Source of the DNA: Octopus sinensis
Taxonomy: Eukaryota
Direction of reading: 5' to 3'
Length of the DNA stretch: 64,000 nucleotides
Assembly: GCF_006345805.1 (NCBI RefSeq)
Contig: NC_043006.1
Location: 52,328,001-52,392,000, forward strand
Part shown: positions 1 through 37,521 of the stretch, piece by piece
How the letters are laid out: every line of letters begins with the position of its first letter
Numbering within the stretch: the first letter of the stretch is position 1
The notes under the pieces: model-generated
What the model was told of the DNA's origin: nothing
The model's input: the letters and a program-made list of their open reading frames with translations, nothing else
Databases searched by the model: none
Position numbers and translations under genes: made by a program

Positions 1-724
1 TCCAGGACTAGACTGCATTGTTTAATATGTGTTTCTACGTATTGAATAATGTAATGTGAGAAAGATTTAGTGCCTAACAGTGGGAGCTTCTTTGTTGTAA
101 ACTAATTGTATGGTGGAGTATGCAAAATCATAATTGCTTATATATTTAAATCTGTCTGTATAGTATATTAAAGTTTATTCAGAAAAAATATAGAGTAACT
201 GTGTTCAAAATACCTATCATCTTGTGATCTCAGCACTGGTTCTGATATTTATGTGACAGAGACATGTCTGAAGAAACAACAAAGAAAACTTGATTGGAAA
301 GGATGGGAAAATATGTAAAGAGAAATAAAGGCAAAAAAGCAAGAAAAAACAAAGACATACTGTTAAAATTAGCCTGATAATTTGTTTATTTCATTTTCAT
401 AGCAATATTAATTCATCTAATCTGAAATGGGTTCTGTTGTTTCATTTATTGGATATGTAGTGCATAAATTTGGTTGCAAACACTTCCAGAAGAATTGTGA
501 CAAAGAACCACAGGATAAAGCATATGAATTAGACAGGAATATTAATACATTAAAGATGAAACATATATATGTATGTTTAGAAAGAAAATAATCACTGCAG
601 AAAACCAATATTCATTAGCATATGTGCAAATTAAAACCGTCATTATCATATGGTAGAATGGATTCTTCATATTCTCATACTACAGGGGAAATTATTTGGA
701 ATAATAGAAATTCTGTTTCCTTGT

Positions 725-22594
<21,870 letters not shown>

Positions 22595-22699
22595 GCTGAT
22601 TGCCTTATTAAGAATTGTCTTATGAGCTTTTAGATATACAGTGTATGTATAATGTATATCACTAGTCCCCTCGTCCTTGCAAAGGCGACGCTAGTCGAC

Positions 22700-23945
22700 G
22701 TATTGAACTCACAGAGAGCTCCGGTGTGAAAAGAACGCACTGAATTCTCTGAATATGTCCGGTGAACAAACAAGGCAATTCTGGTAGGCAACGCGAGAAA
22801 GCCCAGTATTTATAGGATATGGTCAGTGGGAATAATAGCGTATGCCAAAGTTTACACAAAGTTGTCCGGGTTTGAATGTTGCGCCAGATGACCAATGAAA
22901 ATGGATCTGTAGATATTTGTTTTTCTAATCGTACCAATCAAAGCATCATTATAGGTAAGAATAAGGAAAAGGAAACGATGGAGAGAAAAAAAGGGGATAA
23001 AGAGGAAAAGAATACCAGCACTAAAGGCGAGTGTGACAACGATGACAGCAAGAATAAAAAGAATCACGTATGAAGGTGTGGAAAGGAAATGACTGAAAAG
23101 AAATTTTTCTGTCGTAAAGTCTAGTAACAAAGTAATTTGAAAATGTGTAGGAGTTTTATAGTTTTAATGTAAACAAAATGAACAAAACCTTTTAAAGCAA
23201 ATTTTATGACGAAAAGATAAATAAAAATTAGACATACAATTATACGATATCTATTTTGGTTTTTGTTGCTGTTGCTGAAAAGTTTACTACGGAAAATTTG
23301 GATTCAAAGAACAATGGACAACATTTAGAGATGTAAATATGCAAGTGACGAAGCATTTCGACAGTTAAAACAGCACAAGAACTGGGCAGCAGATGGAACA
23401 TTTAATTACTGCTCTAGTATATTTTTTCCGTTATATATACTTCACATTCAAATTGATATTATTAATTTCCCACGATTGTTAGCATTACTCTCTGACAAAT
23501 GTCAAGAAACATATAATAGACTTTTTGCCAAAATAAATGAATTACTGCAGAATGAGGGACCTGATAATATAATTATGGATTTCGAAAAAGCTGCCCATAA
23601 CGGATTTCTGGAATAGTTTCCAGGGTCGAATTTGGCATGCTGCTTGATTCATTTAGAAGACAATGCGTACAAGTCTGTTGTGCAAGAAGGACCAAAATGC
23701 AGATATCACGAAGACAGTTTTAGTCTAAAAATGCGGTGCTCTTTTGCCCTTGGCTTCCTGCCAGTTGATGATGTTGTAGATGGATATAAACAACTTGCAG
23801 ATGATGATGATATTCCACAGTCAATTGTATCCTATTCTGAAAACAATTATATAGGACCACCTAGAGCAGTGATTCCTAACCTGGGGTCTGCAGACCCCTG
23901 GAGGTTCGCAAAGGTAGTACTGGGTGTCCGTGAACTAAATTTAAA

Positions 23946-23976
<31 letters not shown>

Positions 23977-24556
23977 GTATACACAAAAGGATATGCATGT
24001 TAAAAGGGGTCCGTGGGAAAACTTATTTAAACAATAAGTTTGGGAGCTGCTGTTGGGAACCACTGATCTAGAGAGAAAGAGGATAGAGGAGGCGACGCCT
24101 TGAACTTTTATTTCCATTATCCATGTGGAATGTTTGGGATCGATGTATGCCGGGGATTGCTGATACTACAAATAGTTTAGAAGTGTACCACACCGCGCTG
24201 AAAACACAGTGAATATTAATCATTGAAATATTTGGAAACTTATTGATGTGATTAAATGTGAGGAAAGTTTTGCCAGTACCAAATTACAGAGGTTTATGCA
24301 AGGAGAATAACCAATCTCCCACCACCACATAAAATAAAGATATAAAAAATGTCACTGAAAAATATGATCCAAACCAAAAAATTATTTTTCTAAAAGCATT
24401 TGCAGACAATCTAAAATTTTAAGAAAAAAGAAATATGTAATACAGTAACGAATTGACTGATGACGAATTGACATGGGGATGAATTGACCAACGACGAATT
24501 GACTGGAGACAAATTAAACGACGACAAATTGTCGTCGACGAATTGACCGGACACCC
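22700..24556 (+). mobile_element. MULE (Mutator-like) DNA transposon relic, transposase pseudogene
   Basis: From about 23380: WAADGTFNYCSSIFFPLYILH...LLSDKCQETYNRLF...IIMDFEKAAHNGFLE*FPGSNLACCLIHL...ENNYIG..FPLSMWNVWDR..TTNSLEVYH, matching MULE DDE core motifs (DGTF, DFE, CxxH) with stops. The right end has seven 15-bp gacgaattgac subrepeats ending ggacaccc. The left boundary is approximate. Copy at about 40846-42702. Confidence 0.85.
23867..24065. mobile_element. hAT (Charlie-type) MITE inserted in the MULE transposase
   Basis: TIRs cagtgattcctaac / gttgggaaccactg and an 8-bp TSD acctagag/atctagag (NTCTAGAN-like). Copy at 42013-42211. Confidence 0.85.
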
Positions 24557-25458
24557 TACAAACACACAAACGCCAACAATGCAAATCGCAATCAACACAA
24601 ACAATTTGGAGCTGATGCAATACATTTGGTCTCACACTGACTTAAGAGAAAACAGTTTTAAAACAAACACCCACGCACAAAACCACCACAACACATAAAA
24701 ATAGTATACGGCAGGAAACACACATAATTTAGTGAAATCTCTGTATCCTAATGCAGTAGAGAGATTTCAAAAACACTTGTCTAAAAAATCTATGAAAACC
24801 TCCTCATGGAAACTTTTGAAGAGGACAGTATCCAACTTTCGAACAGTAAGTACCTCTCTTCCCTTTCTTTTCTCGTTCAGTGTAAAACACAACTTTTAGG
24901 GCCATGATCAGAATAGGTAATGTAAATGTGCGTGGCTTGGGACCGCCTTGGAAACAAGGTTATCTGCTAAATGGCATCAAGTCTCAAAATGTAGATATAG
25001 CCATCAGCGAAACCAGACTCCACAACCCGCGGGCCTTCAAGCCCATGTTCAGTTGACAATTCGAAATCTGGGATGCAAATGCCTCAAAGATCTTCTCAGA
25101 CGTTTCCAAATGTCTGACAGGTACCGACTGGACTACCCGAATGTGCCAATGTGGACATAGACCAACTTTATCGAGTCGTCGAGATTGTATTTAGATAGAG
25201 TATTTCGTAGGACAGTGGATAGGGATAGTATAGATTGTCCAAAATTTCACATAATCAGCTAAACAGATCACAAATTCGTGACCTGTACTATCGACTTAGA
25301 TAAGAATCATAGGCAGTATCCCGGATACTGGAAACTGAATGCGTGACTCCTGGCGCGACAGGCTTACAGAGACCGGATTTACGCATTAGTTAGGAGGGCG
25401 TTGACTGGAGCCATCGTCAACAACAAGTGGTGGTTTGCCCCAAAGAGGGCAAATAAAG

Positions 25459-25558
25459 NNNNNNNNNNNNNNNNNNNNNNNNNNNNNNNNNNNNNNNNNN
25501 NNNNNNNNNNNNNNNNNNNNNNNNNNNNNNNNNNNNNNNNNNNNNNNNNNNNNNNNNN
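25459..25558. other. Assembly gap (100 N)
   Basis: A run of 100 N. Confidence 0.99.
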
Positions 25559-26230
25559 ATCTACTTTTAAATGTTTACTTCCATTTATTTTAACGTGTTA
25601 ATTATCCACTCATATCTGCATGGTATTAATGAAACTAGTACTAGATATTAACTTTTAACCACCATTAGCACCCATAGTACTTCTTTTAGGACCAGAAAGA
25701 TAATCTATTATATTTCTGCAACACCTGTATTTTAGCCATGAAGACTGGAGTGTTTTTTAAATATTGTAATAATTTTAAAAAATATATTTTGTATAGATAA
25801 TGTTGTATAAATGAGATGTTTGGTATAAATCAAATAAAGAAGTTTGGGCACTAATGGGTTAACACCTCAACTACCAAGAGCTTTATTTTTCACTCACAAC
25901 GAATTATTATTGTCCAGTTAAACAAATGACCAAATAACCACTACTTGGAATATTTTTGAGGAGGTACATAACACACAAGCAGGTGGAATACATGTAGAAC
26001 CAGACGGAATGCTGTATAAATATCTAATGTATTTAGAAGTGCAAATCTGAGAGTACATATGTTAAAGATGTCCACGTTGAAAAGAGCTTATTCTATGAAA
26101 TAGATTCAATTAACAGCATTGTTATAGCTAAAATAAAATACATGTTGATAATTTTCCGATTATTAGGATTAAAAAGTGTCACAAATTCCTACAAATAAAG
26201 TTTACAAGTTATAAGAAAAAAAGTAAATAC

Positions 26231-29200
26231 CTTTATTACAATATTGTCCTGTGTATCCCTGTTTACAGATGCATCTAAACGTAGAGCCCATTGGGACACA
26301 GGTCGCATCATTTTTACAAGGAGAGCTGCGACATAGATCAGCTGAAAAAGTGTTGGCGATACATATCTTTTACGCACATATTTTCTTTCTATTTATATAA
26401 ATAATGCAATTCCATAAAATGCAAGTGAATCAACTACATTTATTTCAGGAATGTATTTACAATCTCACAAACAGAGAATTTGTTGATATTTTAACAGAGA
26501 TTTATCTACTTTGTATTGAATTGAGCAGTTGCCAGTGGAATGGACACCGTGTTAGTCAACAGGTGAAGGTGTCAAAGCATCATTTATTATATATTGAGAA
26601 TAATCACAAAGATATTCAACTCTCGTTCATTAGAATGCTTCACCGTAAATAAGTATTATATAGCAGCGTAGCTTTCTGCTATACGGAGCAGGAGCCCTGT
26701 ATAATAACGAATGTTTGTTTGCTTGCAATCATGTGCTTCTGTCTTGACTACAGATCAGAGAGACGCTATTTAAATAAAAATAACAGGAGTTAATCCATCA
26801 TGGATTAATACTGTTTTTTATTAGAAAACTGTCATGAATAATAATGGTATTTATGGGGTTTAAAAAGAAAACTTCGATGACTCAGCTTTAGATCATCAAG
26901 AATTTGAAGTGCTAGGGATCAGATTCGCGATAATCGAAGTGCTAGCTAATCTTAAAGAAAATCGTATGAATAGAATGGGTTCTCGTCATTTCAATCTATA
27001 CAGAAATTAAAACTTTAGCTTTAAATCTTTAGAAACAGTATAACATGAAGTATAATGCTTCAATTTAACAGGTAATATAGAAACATTTGTGTTGATTGAA
27101 ATAAATGTAAACTTCCATCTACGCAATACCGTAGGAGAACAGTGTAAATAGTCCTATTTCTCTGTGTTATATAGACAAAAACCATACAAATGTCACGATA
27201 CTTAGTAGTTTCTACCTCAACAGTCTGTTCAGTCGTATTGGGTGAAATTAATAACCAGTAAAATATATTTCATTGCAGTTCTGCTATATGTGCATCAAAA
27301 ACTATATGATGCTTGTACAGTAAGGACCTAGAATACACTGATGAACAGAAGATTAGTATGTTGAGTTTACAGATGTATCCGAACGGAGCCCAATAACAAC
27401 ATTAGCAACACAAGCAGCAACAACAAAACAATAAATGATGCAAATGAGCTGCGTAGATGAACATTTGATATTACAAAATAATAGAATCGTAATAGCAAAA
27501 TAACTGAAGACTATATATATTTTTTTTTACTAAAATTCGTCATAAGGCCAAAATTGTTTTAAGAAGAAATTGGTCCACATTTTATGAGTCCCTGGAAGCT
27601 GAAAGGTAAAACTGATCCAGGCGGGATTTGAATTCATGATGTAAAGAGACAGAAATAATATACACGTACCATTAATATTACACAATGGACCAGAGAAACC
27701 AGGCTTGCAGACTTTTTGACCGTTAGCATCACACTGAAACCTCGTTTGCTCGCTGGTGGGAATATCACACCTGATGGCACAGTTCGGACCATAATAGCCT
27801 TGGCTGCAATAACTCTGAAATATAACAACAACAAGGACATTCTAAGACTTTGGAAAATAGAAAGGTTAAAGAAGAATTCTGATATTTTGATCATAAACGA
27901 ACCGCTTTAAAAATATAAACGTTGGTGGTTTTGGTGTACGAGTTTTTATATATAGGTATGGTATTAAGACTGCGTGCTTTTCCATAATAAAATCAACTAA
28001 CGTTGTTTAACATTTATTTATACAGCAATATACCCCAATATTTATAGTATAACATAATGACGTGCCAGTAGAGTATCGTGGTGTACTTATAAGCAAATGC
28101 AGTTAATAGTTACGTTAATAACAGAAATTACTAGCTTCACGTGAGAGGCGAAAGAAATACTCTGTTCGTTATAGTCGACGATTTCTTTAACACAGGATTC
28201 AGTCTGTGCATCCTATGTATGGCTTTGATTTGTTTTGACTAAGTGTTGGCTGGTTACTTATTTGTGTGGCGAGAGATGAAGATATTGTGTTTATGCTATG
28301 TGCTTGGAAAAATGCATTGCTGACAAAGAAATTCTTTTAAACACAGGCCGAGCAGGAGAAAGAATCAAGTGTTCATTCAGCTTCTTGGACCTTCTCGAAC
28401 CTCTGCGCTAATGCTTGCCGGCCTTGTTGCTTATATAAACTAATGTTTAAGAGTGAACCCGCGGAACATAACAGAACATTCTATAATATGGAGTGGTATT
28501 TCTGCAAGCTGATTAGTTGGTATGCAAGGCACGTCACTGACCTAAGTGTGGGTTGCTACTAGTTACTTAAGCAGTAAGGTTTCGATTTTAGGCTTCGCCA
28601 CGGGTTTATAGCATCATTTCTGAGTTTCTAAAGATGTTGAAAATACATTTTTAAGGGTAGATTGGACATAAAAATAATGCCAGATATTTTCACTACCATC
28701 TGCACATCAACTACCGTATGATACTCTACGTCCATGGCCTAGAATACATATGTACACAGAGAAGAAATGCAAGAGCTGTCAAGGATCTTTGACGATCGAT
28801 GCTTTTGCTGTTCGCTTAGAGCTCTGTGTTGCTGCAGTAGCACATATCAGAATGAGAAATGCTCAAATCAATTAAGATAGGTGGCATAGCATAATACCTA
28901 GATATTCCAAAGCAACTGAGATTAAAGTACTTACTCGAATTTGGTATGTCAGTTGACTAGTAGGGTTCTGACTACCACGGGTTGTTATCAGTTCATACCT
29001 GGCTTCATCGACGCTTCTCTGAGGCAAATGACTACCACTTTGGTAAACGTAATCGGCTATCAATTCGTTGTTGCTTTTTGCAGTAAACGAAACAACGAAT
29101 TTCTGAAAACAGAGGTTTGAAGGTATATATTATTGGAAATATGTACAACCAGATAGAACAATGAAATTATAAACGAGAATGCAAACACACTCTCTCTTTC

Positions 29201-30275
29201 TTTCCCTCTCTCTGTCTCTGTGGCTCTCTCTCTCATATACGTACCCACACACACACGCACACCCGTGTGGGTTTGCATAGCATAGCAGATTTATAGGTTA
29301 TTCAATACATTAATTAATAAACATCTAGATTATTGAAAATATAATATATAATCGTGAATACCTTCATATATGTTTTATTATGTTATTATAGCGTTGATTT
29401 ATATATTTGTGAAGAAGAACGATCGTTGTTTCGCCTATATAACACATGTAAATAACAACAGTAAACTCAGTAATATTAGTTCTTATGTTGTCAGAAGGTC
29501 TCAGTTTTGGAAAATGCGAACGCTCTTATATTCATGCTTGTTTCGTAAGCATTAGTGATATAAGGGAAATGAATTGATTTACCCACGAGCAAGTAAATCG
29601 CCTCCGACTCTGATCTTGCTGCAAAACAATGAACCAACAGTCTATAATAATCGCTTCTAATTTAGACACGAAGGCCAGCAGTTTTCATTTAAGTCGGTAA
29701 CATCTGAAGAGTTTTTCGGTTGGCCAATGTAACACCTCATGGAGGAAGCAATATGATAAATAGTGAGCTGAAAAGGTAAATGCTATTATTATCAGACTTT
29801 CCATTCTGTCGCGATCTGCCTGTCACAATCTAAGAAATACCACAATATTATCCTTTCCCAAGAAGTATTAAAACATCTAATCTAACTGCCGCCCACATTT
29901 CTTCTCTTTCAACAACGCAAGGAAAATAGAAAAATTTGTAAACAGCAACCTTTCAGTTCTGATTTCTTCGTTTTCTATATGATCACTACTGTAGTTTTCG
30001 TAGAAACAGATATACAGCATGTTGCTGTCTTAACTCATCAATGGTCTTTTTACATTCCTACTTTTGTCATAAGCTCAAGTTCTGTAGTATTGTTAGCGCG
30101 AGAACATCATAACATCGTTCTACAGACATGCTATCTATCTATAATATCTTTTGGATCAGAGGTCGATAAATCTCAAGATCCAGTTATGTCTTCCAGTGAG
30201 TAAATGCAACACGTAATCAGTGAGTAGATTGTAGTTTCATAAATATGTGTGTGTGTTTATTTTTTAATACACACA

Positions 30276-30306
<31 letters not shown>

Positions 30307-30521
30307 GCACGCACACGCACACACACACACACACACCACACACATATATATATATATATATATGTGATAAACTTAATATAGTAAGTTTGCATTTTGTAAT
30401 GCCTATGTTGTGGAAAGTAAACACCTGTAGATAAAACACAGTATAATCTTCGTATACAAAATATATAAATAAGTAAATAATAATAACAACAACAACAACA
30501 ATAATAATAATCATAATAATA

Positions 30522-30565
<44 letters not shown>

Positions 30566-32635
30566 TAATAATCATAATAATAATAATAATAATAATAATA
30601 ATATAATAATAATAATAAAATTTCAAGACTGGTCATCCGTCCTTCAGAGTTTTATCCTTCCAAAGAACGCTTGATAGCAATAAGTATTTAAATCAGTAAC
30701 AAACGAAAAAAAACCTAGTTAAAATGGCTAGACTGATTAGTACATATTGTAGACTGATTAGTATATATTAGCTGGCAACGTTATTCAATACGTAATGAAT
30801 ACTTTATTCACAAGCATATACTGGAAAATCTAGGATAAATTTAACGTAGTCATCCAATAATTCATAACGCCTCCCTTGGAAATTTAATAAATGTAAATGC
30901 ATCATGCCATTTTTTGGAACTCGGGAAAATATTATTCTGGCATATTTCGTAGCATGATTTAAATTGGGATTGCTATCCAGTTATCTTCACAAGAAGACAG
31001 AGTGGAAAACATCCTCTTGTCTTGAAAGTATACATCAAAAGGCCAGGGAACAGAATAAAGAAGACATGCACCCAACACCAGAGCTGAAGACACCGTCGGT
31101 AGAGGAGTAGGGGCCGAAACCGGACGTGGTTCCTCCTGATGATGTCTTGAGCTAACTGGATTCTATAAAGTAGCTGTTGTGGTAGCAGACCACGAAACAC
31201 GGTTGTAATTCCTCGCAATGAAACTAACAATCTTAAGAAATTATATTTTAAGAAACATCTCATTCCAAAACCAAACACTTACCTGAAACGGCTGTCTAAT
31301 CAGGTACGTGATCGGATTACGTGCTGTACCGATAAATACCTTATTTAGATCAATGACATTATCACCTAAAATTAATTTGAAAAAATGAAACAGAAATTAT
31401 ATTGGGATACGAGAGTGAAAATTTACAGACACACACACACACAAGTACACAGATGATATAACCTTCCCATTCTCTCTAACCTCCAGTATAAAGATGTTAT
31501 ATACACATAACGTAGATATATTATCAGGCCAGACTGTCTGCACTCTCTCCATGTATACTGTCTGCATTAACTCCAAACTACACTGTCTCCATGTACAGAG
31601 ACTTACTGTTATCTCTAGTGATGTTTTGTGAATCAAGTCTCTTTCTAATACTAAGCCACTCTAATAAGAAAAATATTACCCTTGTCTTTACATTCGTACA
31701 AATTACGCTAGATTATAATCATTCCACCGTATGTGGAAATTTCTCTGGATATGTGTAATGTTTACTCATCTAGGCAGAGTATTGATATTTCGTGTTATGC
31801 TTAAAACCAGTGCATATGACCAAGATTTTCCGACTGGGGTCGAATAGAAGAAACCATCTTAAATTCATGTTAGAGTCCCCGTATAAATGGAATAAGGTCT
31901 GGCTAGCTTGTTCTGGCATGGAGTTGTATAATATAAAAAAATGAAATTAAAGCAAGTAATGATACTTTCAAGGCATTTAATACCTACGTTTCAGGTCGTA
32001 GCGCAATAAATAAACCAAAAATTCGTCTCTTACGCAAGATCTTCCTCAGTTAAGATATTTCAAAATATGAACACGTTGATGGTTTTCGCCATGCATATAG
32101 GGTTAACGAAATATATACATACATTCATATATACATACATACATGGAGAGAGAGATAGAGAGAGAAAGAAAGAGAGAGAGAGAGAGAGGTAGAAAGAGAG
32201 AGAGAGAGAGAGAGAAAGTGATAAGGAGTAATATCTAAATCTGAGTACCTAGGTACGTTAGTGTGTTATGTGAAGATATGACTTCTTTTGTCTCCAGTTT
32301 CAGATAAATTGGTTATGTTTGCTGACATCTACCGAGGGCATTGTGAAACTCCACTTTTTCAATATTATGTTACTACTCTTCTTATTTCCTTCTTTCTAGC
32401 ATCAAGTCTAAGTATTCGTTTGCCTCATCATTGTTACTGCCATCACTGATGATATATTGAGCACTTTCTTTCATAATTAGCATCATCTTACATGATTTTA
32501 GTCCCTCCTAAGGGAACCAATTGCCCCCTCATTTGAATTTCACGATCTATATCGCTATTAAATATTGCGTTGCATATAAAAGTCTCATGTAGAACCGATC
32601 GCTACGAAATAAACTCACTTGCACATTGATAAATG

Positions 32636-32721
<86 letters not shown>

Positions 32722-32933
32722 TAAAAAGAATTCCAACCTTGTCTGATTTTCACGTTTTATTTACAATCTTATAATGATATATTATAAGATAATATATTAT
32801 AATTGAATAAAATAAAATGAAATAGTAGAATGTTAAATATTCATTCTGATTGAACTAGTACTTTCATGCATTGAATTCTGCAATCTTCGGGTTCATGTAG
32901 TAGTGTTGACAGTCATGCTTCACAATTTTTGAC

Positions 32934-32984
<51 letters not shown>

Positions 32985-34994
32985 CATACATATAGTTAAT
33001 CAAAACATTAACAAAGAGAAAACACAACAACGTGAGAACGTGGAACAAGTATAGTGTTATTGGACGCTCAGGAAATGAAAGAAGAGAGGAGGATTTAACG
33101 TTTCAAGCGGAGAACTTCGTCAGAAACATAGAAAAAGGAAAGGTCCAAGGAAGGGAAGACGGAGGAAGAAAATCGCCAACGATACACACGCGGTCATATA
33201 TTGAATGACCGGAAGGGAATGGGTGAAGAAAAAGTTCTTTCAAAGACTGTAGAGTGCAAGAGAAGGAGGTATATGTGTGTGTGTGTGGGTATGTGCGTGC
33301 ACGCAAGTCTACGTGTGCGTGTGTGTGTGTGTAATGATAGCACTTGTGTCTGTGTATCTGTGTGTGTGTGGTTGTGGCTGTTTATCTATGTGTGTGGTTG
33401 GGCTTAGTATTGTTTAAGGTCATAGGAAGAATTTATAGTAGGTGTGGCTCCTGTTGTTGGTCTACCTACACATGTGCGTAGGAAAATGGTCAGTGGAAGG
33501 TTCTGGTAGCTTGAAATATGTGTGTGTGCGTGTATGTATATGAGGTGTGTGTGTGTTTTGTTTGAAGTGTGTGTATGTGTATGTATGTAGATGTGTGTTC
33601 GCGTGTGTATGTGTGTATGCGTAGGGGCTGTGTGTGTGGGGAGTAATTACATTTTCCTTTGTGTATGTGTGCATGTGTGCTTGTATGTGCATATGCGTGT
33701 GTACATGTATGTATAATTGTGTGCGTGTATGTACGAGGGTGAGCTGTGTGTGTATGGGAGGTATGTGCGGGTTTATTGCGTGTGCATGTGTGTGTTGTAT
33801 GTGCGTGTGTATATACACGGGTGTGCGTATGTACATGTATGAGTATGTGCGTGTGTATTTTGTTTGTGTGCATGTGTGTGTTGTATGTGCGTGTGTATAT
33901 GTGTGTGTGAACGAGGGGTTGTGTAGGGGGTATATAGGGGCGTTTCTTGCGCGTGTATGCATGTGGGTACATACACGTGTATCTGCGTGTAAATGTGTAT
34001 GTGCGTGTGTGCGTGCGTATGTGTACGCATGTTTGAGTGTGCATATATGTGTGTCTGTGTCTATATGTGCATGTGTATGTGTGTGTGCGGCGTGTATGCA
34101 TATATTGTGTGTGTATGTATATGCATGGGTGTGTATGTGAATTTGTGTATGCGTGTGTGCGCGGATTGTGTGTGTGGTTTTTCGTGGGGTTTGTGTAGGC
34201 GTACATGTGTGTATGTGATTGCGTGTACATGTGCGTGCGTGTGCTAGTGTGGGTGTGCTTACGTGCGTGTATGCGTGTATGTGCGTGTGTATTTCTGCCC
34301 ATGTATGTATAAATGTGTGCCTGTCTGTATGTGTATTGTGCGTTGGAGGCATATGTACGAACCTGTGCTAGTGTGTGTGTGTATGTATTAAGTGTGTATA
34401 TGTGTGTGTGCGTGTATTAATTGCGTATGTATGTGCGTGTGTGCGTGTGTATGTGCGCGCGTGTGTATATGTGTGTGTGAACGTGGAGATGTGTGTCGGG
34501 TTATGTGTGTCTGTGTGTGTGTGGAATTGTGTGGGATTGATATCTGTGCATTCCTGTGCGTGTGTATGTGTGTGCGTGTGTATGTGCGCGCGTGTGTATG
34601 TGTGTGCGTGTGTATATGTGTGTGTGTGTGCGTGTGTGCGTGTGTATGTATGTGCGTGTGTATGTGTGTGTGTGTGTGCGTGTGTATGTGTGTGGTGTGT
34701 GGGAGGCGCATGTGCGTTCGTGGATATGTACGTATGTGTGTGTATGTGTGCGTGTATATAGAAATAAAAACAATAATTCATAAAAACAATAAATTATAAA
34801 CAATAAAATAAAAAAAAATTATAAAAACAATAAAATATAAAAATTAAAGCAATCGTGCTTTAGATACAATAGATATATCAAATATATCAAATATATTAAA
34901 TACATCAAATGCAACATATGTATATATGTATATACAGTATATATCTGTACATGCAACAGGAGAGGAACCAAAGCTGGAAACTTTCAGATGATGA

Positions 34995-35032
<38 letters not shown>

Positions 35033-36973
35033 AATTGATCTGCGTAAAAAGGCCAACAAGAAGAATATTCCATCTAATGAGAGTCCAATATTAATGTATG
35101 TGTTTCAGTCCGCATGTACTATACGCGTTACTACTAGTTACATGTGCAAGGCAAATACGTTCATCAGGCGCTGCTTATTCAATGAAACCAAGAAGCTTAA
35201 ATAGAGGACCGGACGAGATGTGACGGACGCTAAAGCAAACAATATTTAATGGAAGATTCCACTACAGGTAGCCAACAAATTAAGGTTTCAAATGTATTTA
35301 ATTCGAAAATATACACAAAAAAACAAAGTAAAATGATAAAGTTATAAATTATAAAAATTATGAAAATTAAGCTAAATTATAAATGAGTCAATATATAAAA
35401 TATATATAGATCTACACGTAATTCAAAGGATATACGAGTATATACAATACATGAATTATACAAGTACATAAAAATACAATATACATAAATTGCATAAAAT
35501 TATAAGTGGGGTAGACTCTATGGTGTCTGTTATAATGGTCTATACTTATAATATGTAGCAATTACAAAAGGGATATAAAAGGATGGAAAAAATATAATGT
35601 AGATATAAATATGAGATATAAATCGATACAGTGAAGGAAGAAACTATATCTATATTCCTAGGTGTTATAACGAAAGATAGGAGAGCAAAATGACCAATCA
35701 ATCAGGAATCGGTGGAATCTCCCAGTTTTTAAAGATAAATTTAAACATGTGTTTACATCCACTAAAAATCGCTGACCTCGGATCTAAAGAACATCTGCGG
35801 CCTTTCGGCCAAGGAAAGCGTATATCTATTAGAGCTATTCATGTATGGTTTAGACCCTTCTATTATTCTCCATTCGATCACATATGGTACATTATTCTCA
35901 TTTTTTCTCATACATGTATGTATGTATACATATATATATGAATATATATGTATGAATATAAATATATGTATATATATATATATTATATATATATATATAT
36001 GCATATATATATATATAGTAAATTGATCTGCGTAAAAAGGTCAACAAGAAGAATATTCCATCTAATGAGAGTCCAATATTAATGTATGTGTTTCAGTCCG
36101 CATGTACTATACGCGTTACTACTAGTTTCATGTGCAAGGCAAATACGTTCATCAGGCGCTGCTTATTCAATGAAACCAAGAAGTTTAAATAGAGGACCGG
36201 ACGAGATGTGACGCTAAAGCAAACAATATTAATGGAAGATTCCACTACAGGTAGCCAACAATTAAGGTTTCAAATGTATTTAATTCGAAAATATACACAA
36301 AAAAACAAAGTAAAATGATAAAGTTATAAATTATAAAAATTATGAAAATTAAGCTAAATTATAAATGAGTCAATATATAAAATATATATAGATCTACACG
36401 CAATTCAAAGGCTATACGAGTATATACAATACATGAATTATACAAGTACATAAAAATACAATATACATAAATTGCATAAAATTATAAGTGGGGTAAACTC
36501 TATGGTGTCTGTTATAATGGTCTATACTTATAATATGTAGCAATTACAAAAGGGATATAAAAGGATGGAAAAAATATAATGTAGATATAAATATGAGATA
36601 TAAATCGATACAGTGAAGGAAGAAACTATATCTATATTCCTAGGTGTTATAACGAAAGATAGGAGAGCAAAATGACCAATCAATCAGGAATCGGTGGAAT
36701 CTCCCAGTTTTTAAAGATAAATTTAAACATGTGTTTACATCCACTAAAAATCGCTGACCTCGGATCTAAAGAACATCTGCGGCCTTTCGGCCAAGGAAAG
36801 CGTACATCTATTAGACATATTCATGTATGGTTTAGACCCTTCTATTATTCTCCATTTGATCACATATGGTACATTATTCTCATTTTTTCTCATACATGTA
36901 TGTATGTATACATATATATATGAATATATATGTATGAATATAAATATATGTATATATATATATATGCATATAT

Positions 36974-37021
<48 letters not shown>

Positions 37022-37474
37022 CATATAAACATACTTGTGTGTGTATATGTATGTATGTAGATATTATGTATGTACGTATATGTATGTATATATATATATG
37101 TGTGTGTGTGTGTATGAATATATACATACATATATAATTATATATATATGTATATATATATATATTTAATGTAAGATAAAATTTTTTCGTAAAACCTCCC
37201 CAGAATAATTTTATCAATGGCCAGCATATAAAAAAATACCTTTAAAGGTTAAATTTATAAACAACTTATAAATGAGGGCAAACGAAAAAATTTCTAATGC
37301 CCAGTATTCCGAAATTAGACATAATGTCCATAACCATCATATTTTTTTCACAATACGCACGCTCCTTTTTGGAGGAGCGTGCGTATTCTGAAAAAAATAT
37401 AATGGTTATGGACATTATGTCTAATTTCGGCATATTTGGCATTAGAAATTTTTTCGTTTGCCCTCATTTATAAG

Positions 37475-37521
<47 letters not shown>

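Noticed and set aside
417-608. 63-aa minus-strand ORF downstream of the CBM14 exon
   Set aside because: Lies after the stop codon and has no recognisable domain; probably 3' UTR.
24444-24556. Regularly spaced short repeats resembling a CRISPR-like array
   Set aside because: 15-bp subterminal repeats of the MULE end, without unique spacers, in a eukaryotic context.
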